DNA of 53,724 nt from a virus (Duplodnaviria > Caudoviricetes): positions 1 through 53,724 of IMG/VR virus record IMGVR_UViG_3300035008_000006. One strand, given 5' to 3'. The translations under genes were made by a program, and so were the position numbers. Under the pieces are notes generated by a model. The model saw nothing but the letters and a program-made list of their open reading frames with translations, had not been told where the DNA came from and did not search any database. Positions 37,766-47,965 of this stretch are shown one piece after another. Each line of letters starts with the position of its first letter. Positions within the stretch are counted from its first letter, which is position 1.

Positions 37766-40015
37766 GTGGAAAAGCAGGTCATCTTTCGTGACTATCAGGA
37801 ACAGACTGCGTCCGATCACAACAATCTGCAATCGTTTGCGCGGGTCTCGTTCGAGCATATCGTTGATGACGCGGTCACCAAAAGCCATCGCTATGCCGGC
37901 TTCAACGTAACCAAGAGCGCGCAGGCCGAGATTGCAGTCGCTCCTGGCCGGTTCTATCAAGCCGGCGGCGCGGTCTTTGCGCGTAGTTCCAGCCTCACCC
38001 AGAGCATGGTGCCATACCTTGCGGCAGCCTCGAAACGCATTGTCGCAGTCTCGGTATTCGGCCAGGAAAACGACATCGACGTAACCGAGCGCGATTTTCT
38101 GGTCAATGTCGAGACCAATCAGACCGAACCGGACAGTGTTGCGCTGACCCGCGCGCGCGACGCGGTGCTGGCCTTCACGGCCGGCAGCGAAAGCCCCGAC
38201 CCGCAGCCGCCCGCGATTCCAGTCGCGCATGTCGCGGTGGCGCATGTTTTGCTCGATCCGACGCAAGTTCTCTTCGTGACCATGCTGACCGACAACGCGG
38301 TCGCCTCGACCGAGGCCCTCGACCAGCGAACTGACATTCTGGAGGAGTTCCGCCGCCAGATCGAGCCGCGGGTGGCCTCACTCGCATCTGACCTCGCCGC
38401 GCTCGCCAATCAGATCCGCCAGAAGGGCGAGATGACCGAGATCGCAAGTCTCTATGTCGACATCGCCCGTATGAAGGAGCGGTTGGAGCTGCCGGACGAC
38501 GCTTCCGCCTACGGCGCCGACCGCTTTCTCGATGACGAGGAAAGCGACGCGCAGGACGCGCAAGGGATCGGCTATGACGCCAAGATCGAAGAAGGCTTGC
38601 GCTTTGCCCCGGCGAACGAAAGCGCGGCTGAGATGGACGTGTTCTCCTCAAACGACCCGAATGCCCGGGTCAGCAACGGGCTTCTCCTCCCAGCGTATAC
38701 CGACGTCCCGAAACTGCAGGTCGGGCCGATGCATTCGGATCTCGGCATCGCCCAATATGGCTTCCAGACCCATGACATCGTGCAACGGACGATTTCACGA
38801 CAGCGCATCCGCTATGGCGCGCAGTTCAAGGTGTCGAGCAGCAAGCAATGGTGGCTTTCGGGCGAATACGACCCGGCGACCCGGATTTTCAGCAAGGATG
38901 GCGAAAGCTTCCTGGTGCTCGATCCCGACAGGGTGCGCAAGCACAAGAAAACCCGCTTGGTTGAGATGTTTATCGATAGCTGGGACGAGAGCTATTGGGA
39001 CCATCTCGTCATCGAGCATCAGATCGTTGGCGCCCAGGTCGCGCAGAGTTTCCTGGTCTCGAACGACATGTGGCTGACCAGGCTCGGCTTTTACTTGACC
39101 GCCAAGGGCGCGGATGAAGCCGTCCATCTGACCCTGTGCGAAACCACAAACGGCGTGCCCGATCTATCCAAGGCGATCCTGCATGTCTCGGTCCCACATA
39201 CGGCACTGTTGCAGAATGCCTGGAACCGGGTGCAGGTGACGCCGACGTTCCTTCGCGCCGGCGGGCGCTATGCGCTGGTGCTCACCTCGAACGCCGCGCA
39301 CCGTGTGGGCATGGCCTATGGGCAAAGCTACACTGATGGCACCTTCTTCTACTCAACTGATGGCGCGTACTATTACGGCGATCTCACCAAGGACTTGATG
39401 ATCGAGCTCTGGGGCGCGCGGTTCAACGCGCCGCAGGTCGCTATCGAACTGAAACCCATCAATCTCGATGGCGGCATGCGGGCGATCGACATCCTGGCCA
39501 GCACGGTCGCGCCGGAATCGACCGAGCTCATTTATGAGATCAAGCCGCCGGGCGGCGATTGGGTGCCGCTGGCCCCCGGCGGCCCGCCAGCGCTGACCGG
39601 CGCGCCGCCATTGGTGCAGTTCCGGGCTCGCTTCATCGGCACGCGCGACATGCAGCCCGGCCTGATGCTCGGCGGATCGCGCCTTTCAGTTTCGCGACCC
39701 AAGACCGCGTTCCGGCAGGTGTCCACGCCCATTACGCTGGCCGCGGCATCGAACAATATCTTCGTGCGGCTGCTGCTCGAATATTTCGACGACACACCGC
39801 ATGACTGCACATGCCGACTGCGCATCGGCGGCGCTGACGAATTGCCAGATGTGGTGACCGACCGCGTGGTGAGCGCAGTGGACGGGCGGATCGAACGCAC
39901 CTTCAATTTCCAGCTCGGCGCTCCCGTATCGGGCTTCACCATCGTGATCGACGGCGCGACCAACTCGCCGGCATCGATGTTCCATGCCGCCGAGCGCATC
40001 CACTGGGCGCTCTAA
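37766..40015 (+). CDS. large tail/baseplate structural protein
   Basis: 749-aa ORF after gpI; DRFLDDE and VAQSF motifs. Confidence 0.65.
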   Translation: MEKQVIFRDYQEQTASDHNNLQSFARVSFEHIVDDAVTKSHRYAGFNVTKSAQAEIAVAPGRFYQAGGAVFARSSSLTQSMVPYLAAASKRIVAVSVFGQENDIDVTERDFLVNVETNQTEPDSVALTRARDAVLAFTAGSESPDPQPPAIPVAHVAVAHVLLDPTQVLFVTMLTDNAVASTEALDQRTDILEEFRRQIEPRVASLASDLAALANQIRQKGEMTEIASLYVDIARMKERLELPDDASAYGADRFLDDEESDAQDAQGIGYDAKIEEGLRFAPANESAAEMDVFSSNDPNARVSNGLLLPAYTDVPKLQVGPMHSDLGIAQYGFQTHDIVQRTISRQRIRYGAQFKVSSSKQWWLSGEYDPATRIFSKDGESFLVLDPDRVRKHKKTRLVEMFIDSWDESYWDHLVIEHQIVGAQVAQSFLVSNDMWLTRLGFYLTAKGADEAVHLTLCETTNGVPDLSKAILHVSVPHTALLQNAWNRVQVTPTFLRAGGRYALVLTSNAAHRVGMAYGQSYTDGTFFYSTDGAYYYGDLTKDLMIELWGARFNAPQVAIELKPINLDGGMRAIDILASTVAPESTELIYEIKPPGGDWVPLAPGGPPALTGAPPLVQFRARFIGTRDMQPGLMLGGSRLSVSRPKTAFRQVSTPITLAAASNNIFVRLLLEYFDDTPHDCTCRLRIGGADELPDVVTDRVVSAVDGRIERTFNFQLGAPVSGFTIVIDGATNSPASMFHAAERIHWAL

Positions 40016-40027
40016 GAGGGCAGGCGA

Positions 40028-40210
40028 ATGAGCAAATCGGTCAGGAAGCCGAAGCCTCCGTTCGAGGCGGAGAGGCTGTATCAAATCCGCCTTAACCGGA
40101 CGGTTCTGTATAACGGCGTGCGTCTTCGGCCGCTCGACATCCATCGGGTCAAGGGCAAGATCGCGAGCGCCATTCGCGACGCCATTACGCAAGCGGAAGC
40201 CGTCGACTAA
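40028..40210 (+). CDS. small hypothetical protein
   Basis: GAGGG upstream; in operon. Confidence 0.6.
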   Translation: MSKSVRKPKPPFEAERLYQIRLNRTVLYNGVRLRPLDIHRVKGKIASAIRDAITQAEAVD

Positions 40211-40211
40211 C

Positions 40212-40556
40212 ATGTCGATCCGATACGATGTCTACCGGGTCAAGCGCGGCGACAATCTTGGCGATCCGGAATTCTGGAATGTTCGGTTCCAGGAGCTTGA
40301 TCTGCGCCTGCACGCGCGCGAACTCGACGGGCAAAAGATCGACACTGCGGTCGATCAGATCACCGCGGTGGCGCTGGAACGTATCAACACCACGTTCCTT
40401 AACTTTTTGGCCGACACCACCAATCGCATGAGCGAGATCGAGGCGCAGTTCGACACGATGCAGGTGGAAATCGCCTCGTCCGTGCAGGCCGTTCAGGCGC
40501 TTGCGGATCAGGTCGACGATCTCGTTCAAGGCATCATCGACGACGGGACCTTCTGA
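40212..40556 (+). CDS. coiled-coil tail-associated protein
   Basis: FWNVRFQELDLRLH followed by heptads. Confidence 0.65.
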   Translation: MSIRYDVYRVKRGDNLGDPEFWNVRFQELDLRLHARELDGQKIDTAVDQITAVALERINTTFLNFLADTTNRMSEIEAQFDTMQVEIASSVQAVQALADQVDDLVQGIIDDGTF

Positions 40557-40558
40557 GA

Positions 40559-41482
40559 ATGCCGGCACGGATCAAGCTTCTGCGGTCGGCGACCCCGGGC
40601 GCTGTCCCCGCCTCGCTCGAGAGCGGCCAGATCGCGATTAACGAGGCAGACGGCAAGCTGTTCTGGCGGCGGGCCGACGATGCGATCATTGCACTTGATC
40701 TCAACATCGCGGCTCAGGTCGACCAGGCGATCGCAGAGCTTGTGAACAGCGCACCGGCCGCGCTCGATACTTTGCAAGAACTGGCGGCGGCGCTCGGCAA
40801 CGATTCGGATTTCGCCAGCACCATCACCAATGCGCTGGCCGGCAAGGTGCCGTCAACACGGACCATCTCGGCATCCGGCCTTGCCACCGGCGGCGGCAGC
40901 CTGAGCAGCGATCGAGCGATCAGCGTGCCGGCGGCCTCCCAGGCCGAGGCAGAGGCGGGCACTGACAATTCCAAGGCGATGACGCCGCTGCGGGTCGCGC
41001 AGGCGGTCGCCGCCTTCGTACCTGTTGGCGTTCCGCCGGTACGACAAATCCAGGCGTCGGGACTGGCAACGGGCGGTGGCGATCTTTCTGCCGACCGCAC
41101 GATTACTGTGTCGGCGGCCTCCCAGGCCGAGGCTGAAGCGGGCGCCGACAACGCCAAGGCGATGACCGCGTTGCGCACTGCGCAGGCGATCGTAGCGCAA
41201 GGCAACGCAAAGTATCAGCCGATCCCGGCGTCATCGTCCTACCCCGTCGGCACCCTGATCCTTGCTTTCAAGAACAACTCCGGCGGCGTGAGCGACGGCG
41301 CGTCCATCGCCGGCTCGAATTTGCGGCGCGCTGTTTTCGGGCTCGACGCCTCCGGGTACTTCACAATGGACACCGGTGCCGCAAACCTACCGGGAACCTG
41401 GATGAACGTGTCGGGGCATCAGATCAGCCAAATGGGCATCGGCACCAGCCGCGGCGCAGGATATTTCTTGAGGACGGCATGA
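40559..41482 (+). CDS. tail fiber protein
   Basis: GQIAINEADGKLF, APAALDTLQELAAALGND, two 61-aa repeats, C-terminal PGTW..FLRTA tip. Confidence 0.85.
   Translation: MPARIKLLRSATPGAVPASLESGQIAINEADGKLFWRRADDAIIALDLNIAAQVDQAIAELVNSAPAALDTLQELAAALGNDSDFASTITNALAGKVPSTRTISASGLATGGGSLSSDRAISVPAASQAEAEAGTDNSKAMTPLRVAQAVAAFVPVGVPPVRQIQASGLATGGGDLSADRTITVSAASQAEAEAGADNAKAMTALRTAQAIVAQGNAKYQPIPASSSYPVGTLILAFKNNSGGVSDGASIAGSNLRRAVFGLDASGYFTMDTGAANLPGTWMNVSGHQISQMGIGTSRGAGYFLRTA
40847..41195 (+). repeat. tandem 183-bp coding repeat, two units
   Basis: ASGLATGGG.LS.DR...AASQAEAEAG.DN.KAMT.LR.AQA twice. Confidence 0.85.
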
Positions 41483-42015
41483 GTACCAGCATTAGCAATC
41501 TTCGCTATGCCGATCCTCAGGGCGCTCTGATCGACATGGACGTCACCCGAGGCGACGAGACCTTTCCGTTCACCTATGCGGCGGACGACGACGCGCCGCT
41601 TTCGAATGAGGTGCGCACGCTTTTGCAGGGCGGCGGCCATCCGATCGCGGCCTATGTGGAGCCCGTACCGGATGCCGCAGCCTTGCACGCCTATGCAGCA
41701 GTGGCGCGCTGGCGCAAGGAGACCCGCGGCATCTCGGTCGGCGGCCTCAATGTCGCGACCGACGATCGCTCGAAGGCATTGATCCAGGGCGCCTATCTGC
41801 AAGCGCAGCGCGATCCGACCTTTACCGCACAATGGAAGACCGCCTCTGGCGCCTTTGTGACCATTGGCGCTGCCCAAATTGAAGCGGTGGCGCTCGCCGT
41901 TGCCGCGCACATCCAGGCCTGTTTCGCCAGGGAAGCGGAGGTCTCCGAGGCGATTGACGGCCACCTCATCGACACCTTTGCTCAGATCGACGCAGCCTTC
42001 GACGCCCTGATCTAA
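41479..42015 (+). CDS. DUF4376-like tail fiber assembly protein
   Basis: RWRKETRGI..TDDRS..WK..AHIQACFARE. Confidence 0.8.
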   Translation: MSTSISNLRYADPQGALIDMDVTRGDETFPFTYAADDDAPLSNEVRTLLQGGGHPIAAYVEPVPDAAALHAYAAVARWRKETRGISVGGLNVATDDRSKALIQGAYLQAQRDPTFTAQWKTASGAFVTIGAAQIEAVALAVAAHIQACFAREAEVSEAIDGHLIDTFAQIDAAFDALI

Positions 42016-42128
42016 ATCGGCCCGTGATTGGGCGCGTTGAAGCTGGCGACATTTCGTCTAAACTGTCTAGGTAAGCGAAAATGACCTTAGTACTTGCATC
42101 GCTGATGGCTCAACACAGGAACATCGCA

Positions 42129-42872
42129 ATGAAGCGCTTTGTTTTGGCCGCTACCGTGTTGCTCGCTCTCTCTACCGCACAGGCTGGCGCTACGGAGATT
42201 AGACTCCTTGCGTCCGGAGCCTTGCACGACGCGTTGTCGAAAGCCTTGTCAGATTTTGAGAAATCGAAATCGCTCAAGATAGACGTGACCTGGGCCGGCG
42301 CAGCCGTTTACCGACCGATTTTATCATCTGACAAGCCGTTCGATGCTGTCATTGTTACGGCAGCCGATGCGGATGCATTTATCAAGAGTCAGAAGTTAAG
42401 AGCGCCTAAGGTTGATCTTGCTAAGACAGGCATCGGCATCGGCGTGCGCAAAGGTCAACCAAAACCGGACATCAGCACTGTCGAGCGCGTCAAAGACACG
42501 CTCTTGCAGGCAAGATCAATTGGCTACTCCATGGGTCCAAGCGGGGCATATGTACAAAAACTGATAGCTACTCTGGGCATTGCGGACGCTGTACGTCCGA
42601 AGCTCAGGCAGACCACGAGTGGTCGGGAAGTTGGGAAACTGATCGCAACGGGCGATGTCGAGATCGGCTTTCAGCCGATCAGCGAACTCGTTCATGCCGA
42701 AGGCGTGGATTTCGTCGGAGGGTTGCCGAGTGAGATCCAGTCTTTCACCGTTTACTCCTTTGCCGTCCACGCGAAGGTAAGCGACGAGAAGGCTGTTCAG
42801 GACCTGAGTGATTTTCTCAGAACATCCCAAGTTCGCGGAGCATTGCAAAGCGCAGGAATGGAACAGCCCTGA
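42129..42872 (+). CDS. periplasmic ModA-fold substrate-binding protein (cargo)
   Basis: Signal peptide MKRFVLAA..AQAGA; GIGVRKGQPKPDIST, GPSG, GFQPISEL; atypical codon usage. Confidence 0.85.
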   Translation: MKRFVLAATVLLALSTAQAGATEIRLLASGALHDALSKALSDFEKSKSLKIDVTWAGAAVYRPILSSDKPFDAVIVTAADADAFIKSQKLRAPKVDLAKTGIGIGVRKGQPKPDISTVERVKDTLLQARSIGYSMGPSGAYVQKLIATLGIADAVRPKLRQTTSGREVGKLIATGDVEIGFQPISELVHAEGVDFVGGLPSEIQSFTVYSFAVHAKVSDEKAVQDLSDFLRTSQVRGALQSAGMEQP

Positions 42873-42883
42873 TCGCGCTGCGG

Positions 42884-43083
42884 CCTTTACCGCACAATGG
42901 AAGACCTCCTCGCGCGCCTTTGTGACCATCGGCGGTGCCCAGATCGAAGCAGTGGCGCTCGGGATCGCCGCTCATATTCAGGCCTGTTTCGCCAGGGAAG
43001 GCGAGGTGATGCAAGACATCGACAATGACGTCATCGATAGCTTTGCGCAGACCGACACTGCTTCGACGCGCTGACGTAAATCG
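42884..43083 (+). pseudogene. diverged duplicate of the DUF4376 3' end (41819..42019)
   Basis: FTAQWKT..AHIQACFARE; no start codon; 1-nt deletion near the end. Confidence 0.85.
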
Positions 43084-43109
43084 CGCGGAAAGAGAACGCC
43101 AGAACCACG

Positions 43110-43137
43110 GGGCCGCCACGCGCGGCCCTTTCTTTTT
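43110..43137 (+). terminator. intrinsic terminator
   Basis: GGGCCGC-N5-GCGGCCC-TTTCTTTTT. Confidence 0.7.
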
Positions 43138-43157
43138 CAGCCTTCGGAGACAGTTCG

Positions 43158-44663
43158 ATGTCCTCGCCTACTTTCGGCATTTCAATCACGCGGGTCGATA
43201 ACCAGCCGCGTCCCGCGATCGTCAGCGATATGTCCGTGGTCGGTCTTGTCGGCACCGCGCCGCAGGCCAACACGGACACCTTTCCGGCCAACACGCCGGT
43301 CGCGATCTACAGCGATGACAAAGCAAAGCTCACCGCGCTCGGTCTGACCGGAACACTCCCCGACGCGATCGAGGCCATCAACGCGCAACTCGGCGAATTT
43401 CAGGTCGCGGCCCTGGTCGTGATCGTGCGGATCGAACAGGGGTCCGATATCTGGGCCACGATCGCCAATGCAGTCGGATCGTCCGCTCAAAAAACCGGTA
43501 TCTGGGCTTTCACGCTGGCGGGTCCGGTGCTCGGCGTGATCCCGCGTTTGATCGCGGTGCCGGGCCTGACGTCACAGCAATATCAGGGGCTCGGCTCTCT
43601 GGTGCTCGGCACGCAAGGCATAAATCTGTCGGAAGCTCCGGCCATCGAATTTTCAGGCGGCGGCAACGATCCGGGCAAGATCTTGCCGCAGGCCCATGCC
43701 GTGCTCGGCGAAGGCGACAATGCGGGCAAGGTGGTGTCACTCATCATCGACCAGCCGGGCGCGCATCTCTCCGGATTGCTCACGGTGGCATTCACGGGCG
43801 GCGGTGACGATCCGGACAAGGAGCTGCCGACCGCTACCGCGACCGTCGAGATCCTGGCCAACCCGGTGTGCGCCGCCCTTACCCCAGTGTTGGAAAAGCT
43901 GCTTGCAGTCGCCGTGCTCGACGGCCCGGCGACGACGCAGCAGGCCTATACCGACTGGCGCGAGACCATGCAGAGCCATCGCCTGATCCCGATTGAGACC
44001 GCGGTGAAGGTCGGGGTCAATGCGATCGTCAAACCCGCCTCGCCCCGGGTGATCGGCATTGCGGTGCGCCGCGATCACGAATTCGGCGGCCGGCCGTTTC
44101 ATTCCTGGGCGAACCAGCCGGTGCAGGGCATCGTCGGTCCGAACCGGCCGATCGAGTTCTCGCTCACCGACGGCGCGACCGAAGGCCAGGTCCTGCTCTC
44201 GCAAAATGCCGGCATCATCGCGCGCGGAGAAATGGGCGTCGAAACCGCGATCGCGTCCGGCGGCTTTGTCTATATCGGAACCGACAATTGCTCCGAAGAC
44301 CCGCTCTGGCAATTCTACCATATCGTGCGCGGGCGCGATTTCATCCACCTGATGCTCCTGCGCACACTGCGTGGCTTCCTCGGCCGCCGCAACATTGATT
44401 ACGGCACGGTGCAGGATGTGCTCGACACCATGCGCTTTGCGCTGCGTGATCTTAAAGCGGACGGCGACATCATCGATTACAAGGTCGGTTTCACCCGCGA
44501 TCAGAATTCGCCCGAACAATTGCGGCTTGGCAAGTTCACCGTGGATTTTGCCGCCGAAGAGCCGCCGGTGCTGCGCCATCTTGGCATCCGCTCAGCGCGC
44601 TACCGCGCCGCGTTGGACGTTCTGCTCGATGATCTTCTCTCGCAGATCGACCTCGCCGCGTGA
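43158..44663 (+). CDS. contractile tail sheath protein
   Basis: VVGLVGTAP, PRLIAVPG, FHSWAN, WQFY..RGRDFI, AEEPP. Confidence 0.92.
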   Translation: MSSPTFGISITRVDNQPRPAIVSDMSVVGLVGTAPQANTDTFPANTPVAIYSDDKAKLTALGLTGTLPDAIEAINAQLGEFQVAALVVIVRIEQGSDIWATIANAVGSSAQKTGIWAFTLAGPVLGVIPRLIAVPGLTSQQYQGLGSLVLGTQGINLSEAPAIEFSGGGNDPGKILPQAHAVLGEGDNAGKVVSLIIDQPGAHLSGLLTVAFTGGGDDPDKELPTATATVEILANPVCAALTPVLEKLLAVAVLDGPATTQQAYTDWRETMQSHRLIPIETAVKVGVNAIVKPASPRVIGIAVRRDHEFGGRPFHSWANQPVQGIVGPNRPIEFSLTDGATEGQVLLSQNAGIIARGEMGVETAIASGGFVYIGTDNCSEDPLWQFYHIVRGRDFIHLMLLRTLRGFLGRRNIDYGTVQDVLDTMRFALRDLKADGDIIDYKVGFTRDQNSPEQLRLGKFTVDFAAEEPPVLRHLGIRSARYRAALDVLLDDLLSQIDLAA

Positions 44664-44700
44664 CGCGGTTCTCCAATTCTCGCCGTTATAGGAGCACGAC

Positions 44701-45247
44701 GTGAGCACGCTCTATGTCCTCGAAGCCGCCAATCTGTTCTGCGGCGATCACGATCCGAAGAATTCCAAGCACCTGACGCTGCAGGAACTAAAGCTTCCGA
44801 GCCTGGAAGCCGATTCAGGACCACATGCCGGGCGGCTCCAAGGTCGGCATTGAAATCGAGGTCGGCATCAAGAAGCTGGAACCGACCTTCAAGCTGGTCG
44901 GCTTCGACCCGGAACTGCTGACCCAGTTCGGGCTGGGCTCCCGGATCAAGCACATCTACACGGCCTATAGCGAAATCCGCGACCGCCGCACCGGCGCCTC
45001 GATCGAGCTTCGCGCCGTCATGGAGGCCCGTCTCGGCAAGATCGAAAGCGATGCCTTCAAGCGGGGCGACCTGATGGCGACCGATTATGCCCTGCACGAG
45101 GTCACCCATTACGAAGTGTATTTCAACAACCAGGAAAAGTGGTTCTGGGATTTCTGGTCCAACACACTGCGCATCAACGGCGCGGATGAAGGCCAGACCA
45201 CCAACACCATTCTCCGCATTCCGCGCGCCGCAACCGCCGAACGATAA
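44701..45247 (+). pseudogene. major tail tube protein, frameshifted
   Basis: AGGAG then GTG MSTLYVLEAANLF..KLPSLEAD stops at 44853; continues QDHMPGG.. in another frame; indel near 44815. Confidence 0.85.
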
Positions 45248-45261
45248 GGGGGATAGACTTC

Positions 45262-45597
45262 ATGAGTGCCAAGACGCAAGGGCCGCAGCCGACGCCGCAG
45301 GCCACGGCCTACACGCTCCTGTTCTCGATCACCTACAAGGACGCTGGCGGCACCGATGTCACGGTCACAGAACTAAAAATCCGGCGGCCGAAAGCGAAAG
45401 ACATGCGGCTTCTGGAGCGGGTCCAGAACGAAGGTGGCGGCGACATAGCCGCCTCCCTCGCGCTCCTTGCCGCCATCAACGATCTGCCCGAGACCGCCAT
45501 CGACGAACTCGACGCCGAGGATGTCCTGGAGCTTTCGGGAGTGCTGCTCGATTTTTTGCCGTCGAAGCTTCGCCGCAAGGATGGCGAAGCGTCCTAG
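45262..45597 (+). CDS. tail assembly chaperone (P2 gpE-like)
   Basis: LKIRRPKAKDM..IDELDAED..FL. Confidence 0.88.
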   Translation: MSAKTQGPQPTPQATAYTLLFSITYKDAGGTDVTVTELKIRRPKAKDMRLLERVQNEGGGDIAASLALLAAINDLPETAIDELDAEDVLELSGVLLDFLPSKLRRKDGEAS

Positions 45598-45734
45598 CCG
45601 AAACGGCGCACGTTTTAGCGACCCCGATCACGATCCTGCTCGAGATGGACTGGGCCGAGGTCTGCGCCTGGCACGAAGAGGCCGCGCGCATCGCAAAGGC
45701 CAAAATCGGACTTAGGCCGCCATGCCTGATGTGA
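45552..45734 (+). other. programmed -1 frameshift site and gpE'-like extension
   Basis: TTTTTTG at 45552-45558 as in P2 E/E'; -1 frame reads WRSVLAETAHVL..LEMDWAEVCAWHEEA to 45734. Confidence 0.8.
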
Positions 45735-47956
45735 CCTCGCGTCTGATCGTGCGCCTGATCGATGGCGTGTCCGGCCCGGCACGGGCGGCGGCGCGGTCGC
45801 TTGCCGCTTTGCAAACGGCCGGCCGGGCGACCGTCGCGCTCGGCACCGCAAGGCAGATCGCGGCCAACGCACAGGCACTTCAACGCCATACCCAGGCGAT
45901 GGCGACCGCTGTCTCCGCGCCGATGGCGATCATCGGCGCGATCGGCGCAAAAACCGCCTTCGAATTCGAAAAGGCCGGCAACATGCTGGAGGCGCTGGGT
46001 GAAGCGACCGCCGCGCAGCGGCAGGAATTTGAGAAGATCGCCAACGTCCTGAATGCCAAATATCCACAGAGCGCCACCGAGATCATCCGTACCGGCACCG
46101 AGTTGCTCAAGGCCGGCCTGGACTGGAAGCAGATGCTGGGCGCCATGGATTCGACCCTCGCCACCGCGATCCTGGGCGACATGAAGCCGTCGGAGGTGGC
46201 GACGATCATTGCAGCCTCGCTGAATGCATTTCAGATGCCGAGGGAAACCCTCGAACAGGCGTCGCGCTCGACCACGACCGTGGCTGACCGGATTTCATAC
46301 GCTGCGGTCAAAACCACGGCCTCGCTGCGCGACATGGGCGAAATGTTCAAATATGTAGCGGGCGCGGCGGGCGCGACCGGAAGCACCATAGATGACGTGA
46401 CCGCCATTGCCATGGCGTTTGCGCAGAACAAGGTCGTGGGCTCGGAAGCGGGCGTGGCTCTACGCTCGGCGATCGTGCGCATGGTCCGGATGCCGAAGGG
46501 CGGCCTTGCCGCTCTGCAGCGCGCCGGCCTCAATCTGAACGACTATATTGCGGGCAAGCAGCAGATCACCTCCGACCGGATCATTTCCGGCCTTCTGGCC
46601 GGCGGCATTGATGCTGCTCCGTTGAAGGCGCAGATCGACGCCCTGGTCGAGGATCCTGCGTTGCAGAACGCGCCGCTCAGGCTTGCCGCCAAGGTTCAGG
46701 CTTTACTGCAGGAGCATATGAAATCCACCGGATCGGCGATGGACGCAGGCGTGATTGCCGAAAACGTGCAGGAGAGCATCATCGCCGCCGGCACCAAAAT
46801 CGACCTCATGCGATTCTTCACCGACCTGAAAAAGAAGATGGCGGACGGCACAGCCACCATGGGAGACATCTCGCAGATCTTCGAAGGCCGGCATTTCGCG
46901 CGCATGCAGGCCGTGCTGGCAGCCGACCTCGACAAGATCAAGGCAGACATCGTTCGAAACGCCGAAGGCTTCACCGCGGAGCGTTACAAGATCGCCATCA
47001 AGGGCATCGTCGGGCCGGTCTATGAATTGACCGCGGCGCTCGAAGGCCTGGCGGTGGCATTAGGCAAGGTGGTGTTTCCAAGCCTGATCACCTTCATCAA
47101 TCAGCTTACGAACGCGCTGAAAAGCCTTTCGGAAACCAGCCCCGAGACCCTGAAATGGCTGACATATATCGGCGCGGGTCTCGCCGTGCTTGCGCCGCTA
47201 GGCTTTGCGCTTGGCGGTGTCGTGGCAGGGTTTGGGGCAGCCGCTGCTGCCGTGAAGCTGCTCGTTGGCGCCTTCATCCTGCTCGGCGGATGGGCCGCGG
47301 CCATCGTCATCGGCCTCGGGGTGCTCGGCTATGCGATCCATGCCAATTGGAATGCCTTCAAGCGGTGGACCGAATACAGCATCGACGGGCTTCGCCGGTT
47401 CAATGCCGCGCTGATCGCATTCGAGGGTAGCGTCAAAGCCAAGATCGCCGAAATCGCGGCGGGGCTGACCGGGCTCGGTTCGCGCATTGCAGAATCGATC
47501 CGGCAGGGCGCGGCGGAATTGTTCTCAATCGGCGCAAATATGCTGCAGCAGCTCTGGGATGGCATGAAATCCAAGCTGTCCGACATGCTCGGATGGGCAT
47601 CCGGCATCGGCGCGCGGATCAAAGGCGCCCTGACCGGTAGCGCCATCCCCGGCGAGAGCGTCGGCGGCGAGACGCCGACCCCGCGCGCCCTTGGCGGCAA
47701 TGTCACGCGAGGCCGCGCCTATGTGGTGGGTGAGCGCCGGCGCGAACTGTTCTTCCCCGGCGTCTCCGGCACGATCCACCCGACGACGCAATTCGGAGGC
47801 GGAGGCGGAGTCTCGGTATCCTTAAGCCCGGTCTTCAACATCGACGGCGCGCAGAACGCACAAGCGGTCGCTGAGGAAACCTATCGCCTGTTCGAGGCGC
47901 GGGTGCGCGAATTGTTCCGCGGCCTGCAGGCCGACGCGGGCCTGCGGTTCGCATAA
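45722..47956 (+). CDS. tail tape measure protein
   Basis: Ala-rich; GSEAGVALR core; RALGGNV..YVVGER..ELF. Confidence 0.92.
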   Translation: MPDVTSRLIVRLIDGVSGPARAAARSLAALQTAGRATVALGTARQIAANAQALQRHTQAMATAVSAPMAIIGAIGAKTAFEFEKAGNMLEALGEATAAQRQEFEKIANVLNAKYPQSATEIIRTGTELLKAGLDWKQMLGAMDSTLATAILGDMKPSEVATIIAASLNAFQMPRETLEQASRSTTTVADRISYAAVKTTASLRDMGEMFKYVAGAAGATGSTIDDVTAIAMAFAQNKVVGSEAGVALRSAIVRMVRMPKGGLAALQRAGLNLNDYIAGKQQITSDRIISGLLAGGIDAAPLKAQIDALVEDPALQNAPLRLAAKVQALLQEHMKSTGSAMDAGVIAENVQESIIAAGTKIDLMRFFTDLKKKMADGTATMGDISQIFEGRHFARMQAVLAADLDKIKADIVRNAEGFTAERYKIAIKGIVGPVYELTAALEGLAVALGKVVFPSLITFINQLTNALKSLSETSPETLKWLTYIGAGLAVLAPLGFALGGVVAGFGAAAAAVKLLVGAFILLGGWAAAIVIGLGVLGYAIHANWNAFKRWTEYSIDGLRRFNAALIAFEGSVKAKIAEIAAGLTGLGSRIAESIRQGAAELFSIGANMLQQLWDGMKSKLSDMLGWASGIGARIKGALTGSAIPGESVGGETPTPRALGGNVTRGRAYVVGERRRELFFPGVSGTIHPTTQFGGGGGVSVSLSPVFNIDGAQNAQAVAEETYRLFEARVRELFRGLQADAGLRFA

Positions 47957-47965
47957 AGGCCTGTC

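Noticed and set aside
41819-43083. Diversity-generating retroelement TR/VR pair near the tail fiber
   Set aside because: Differences are not adenine-specific and no reverse transcriptase gene is present
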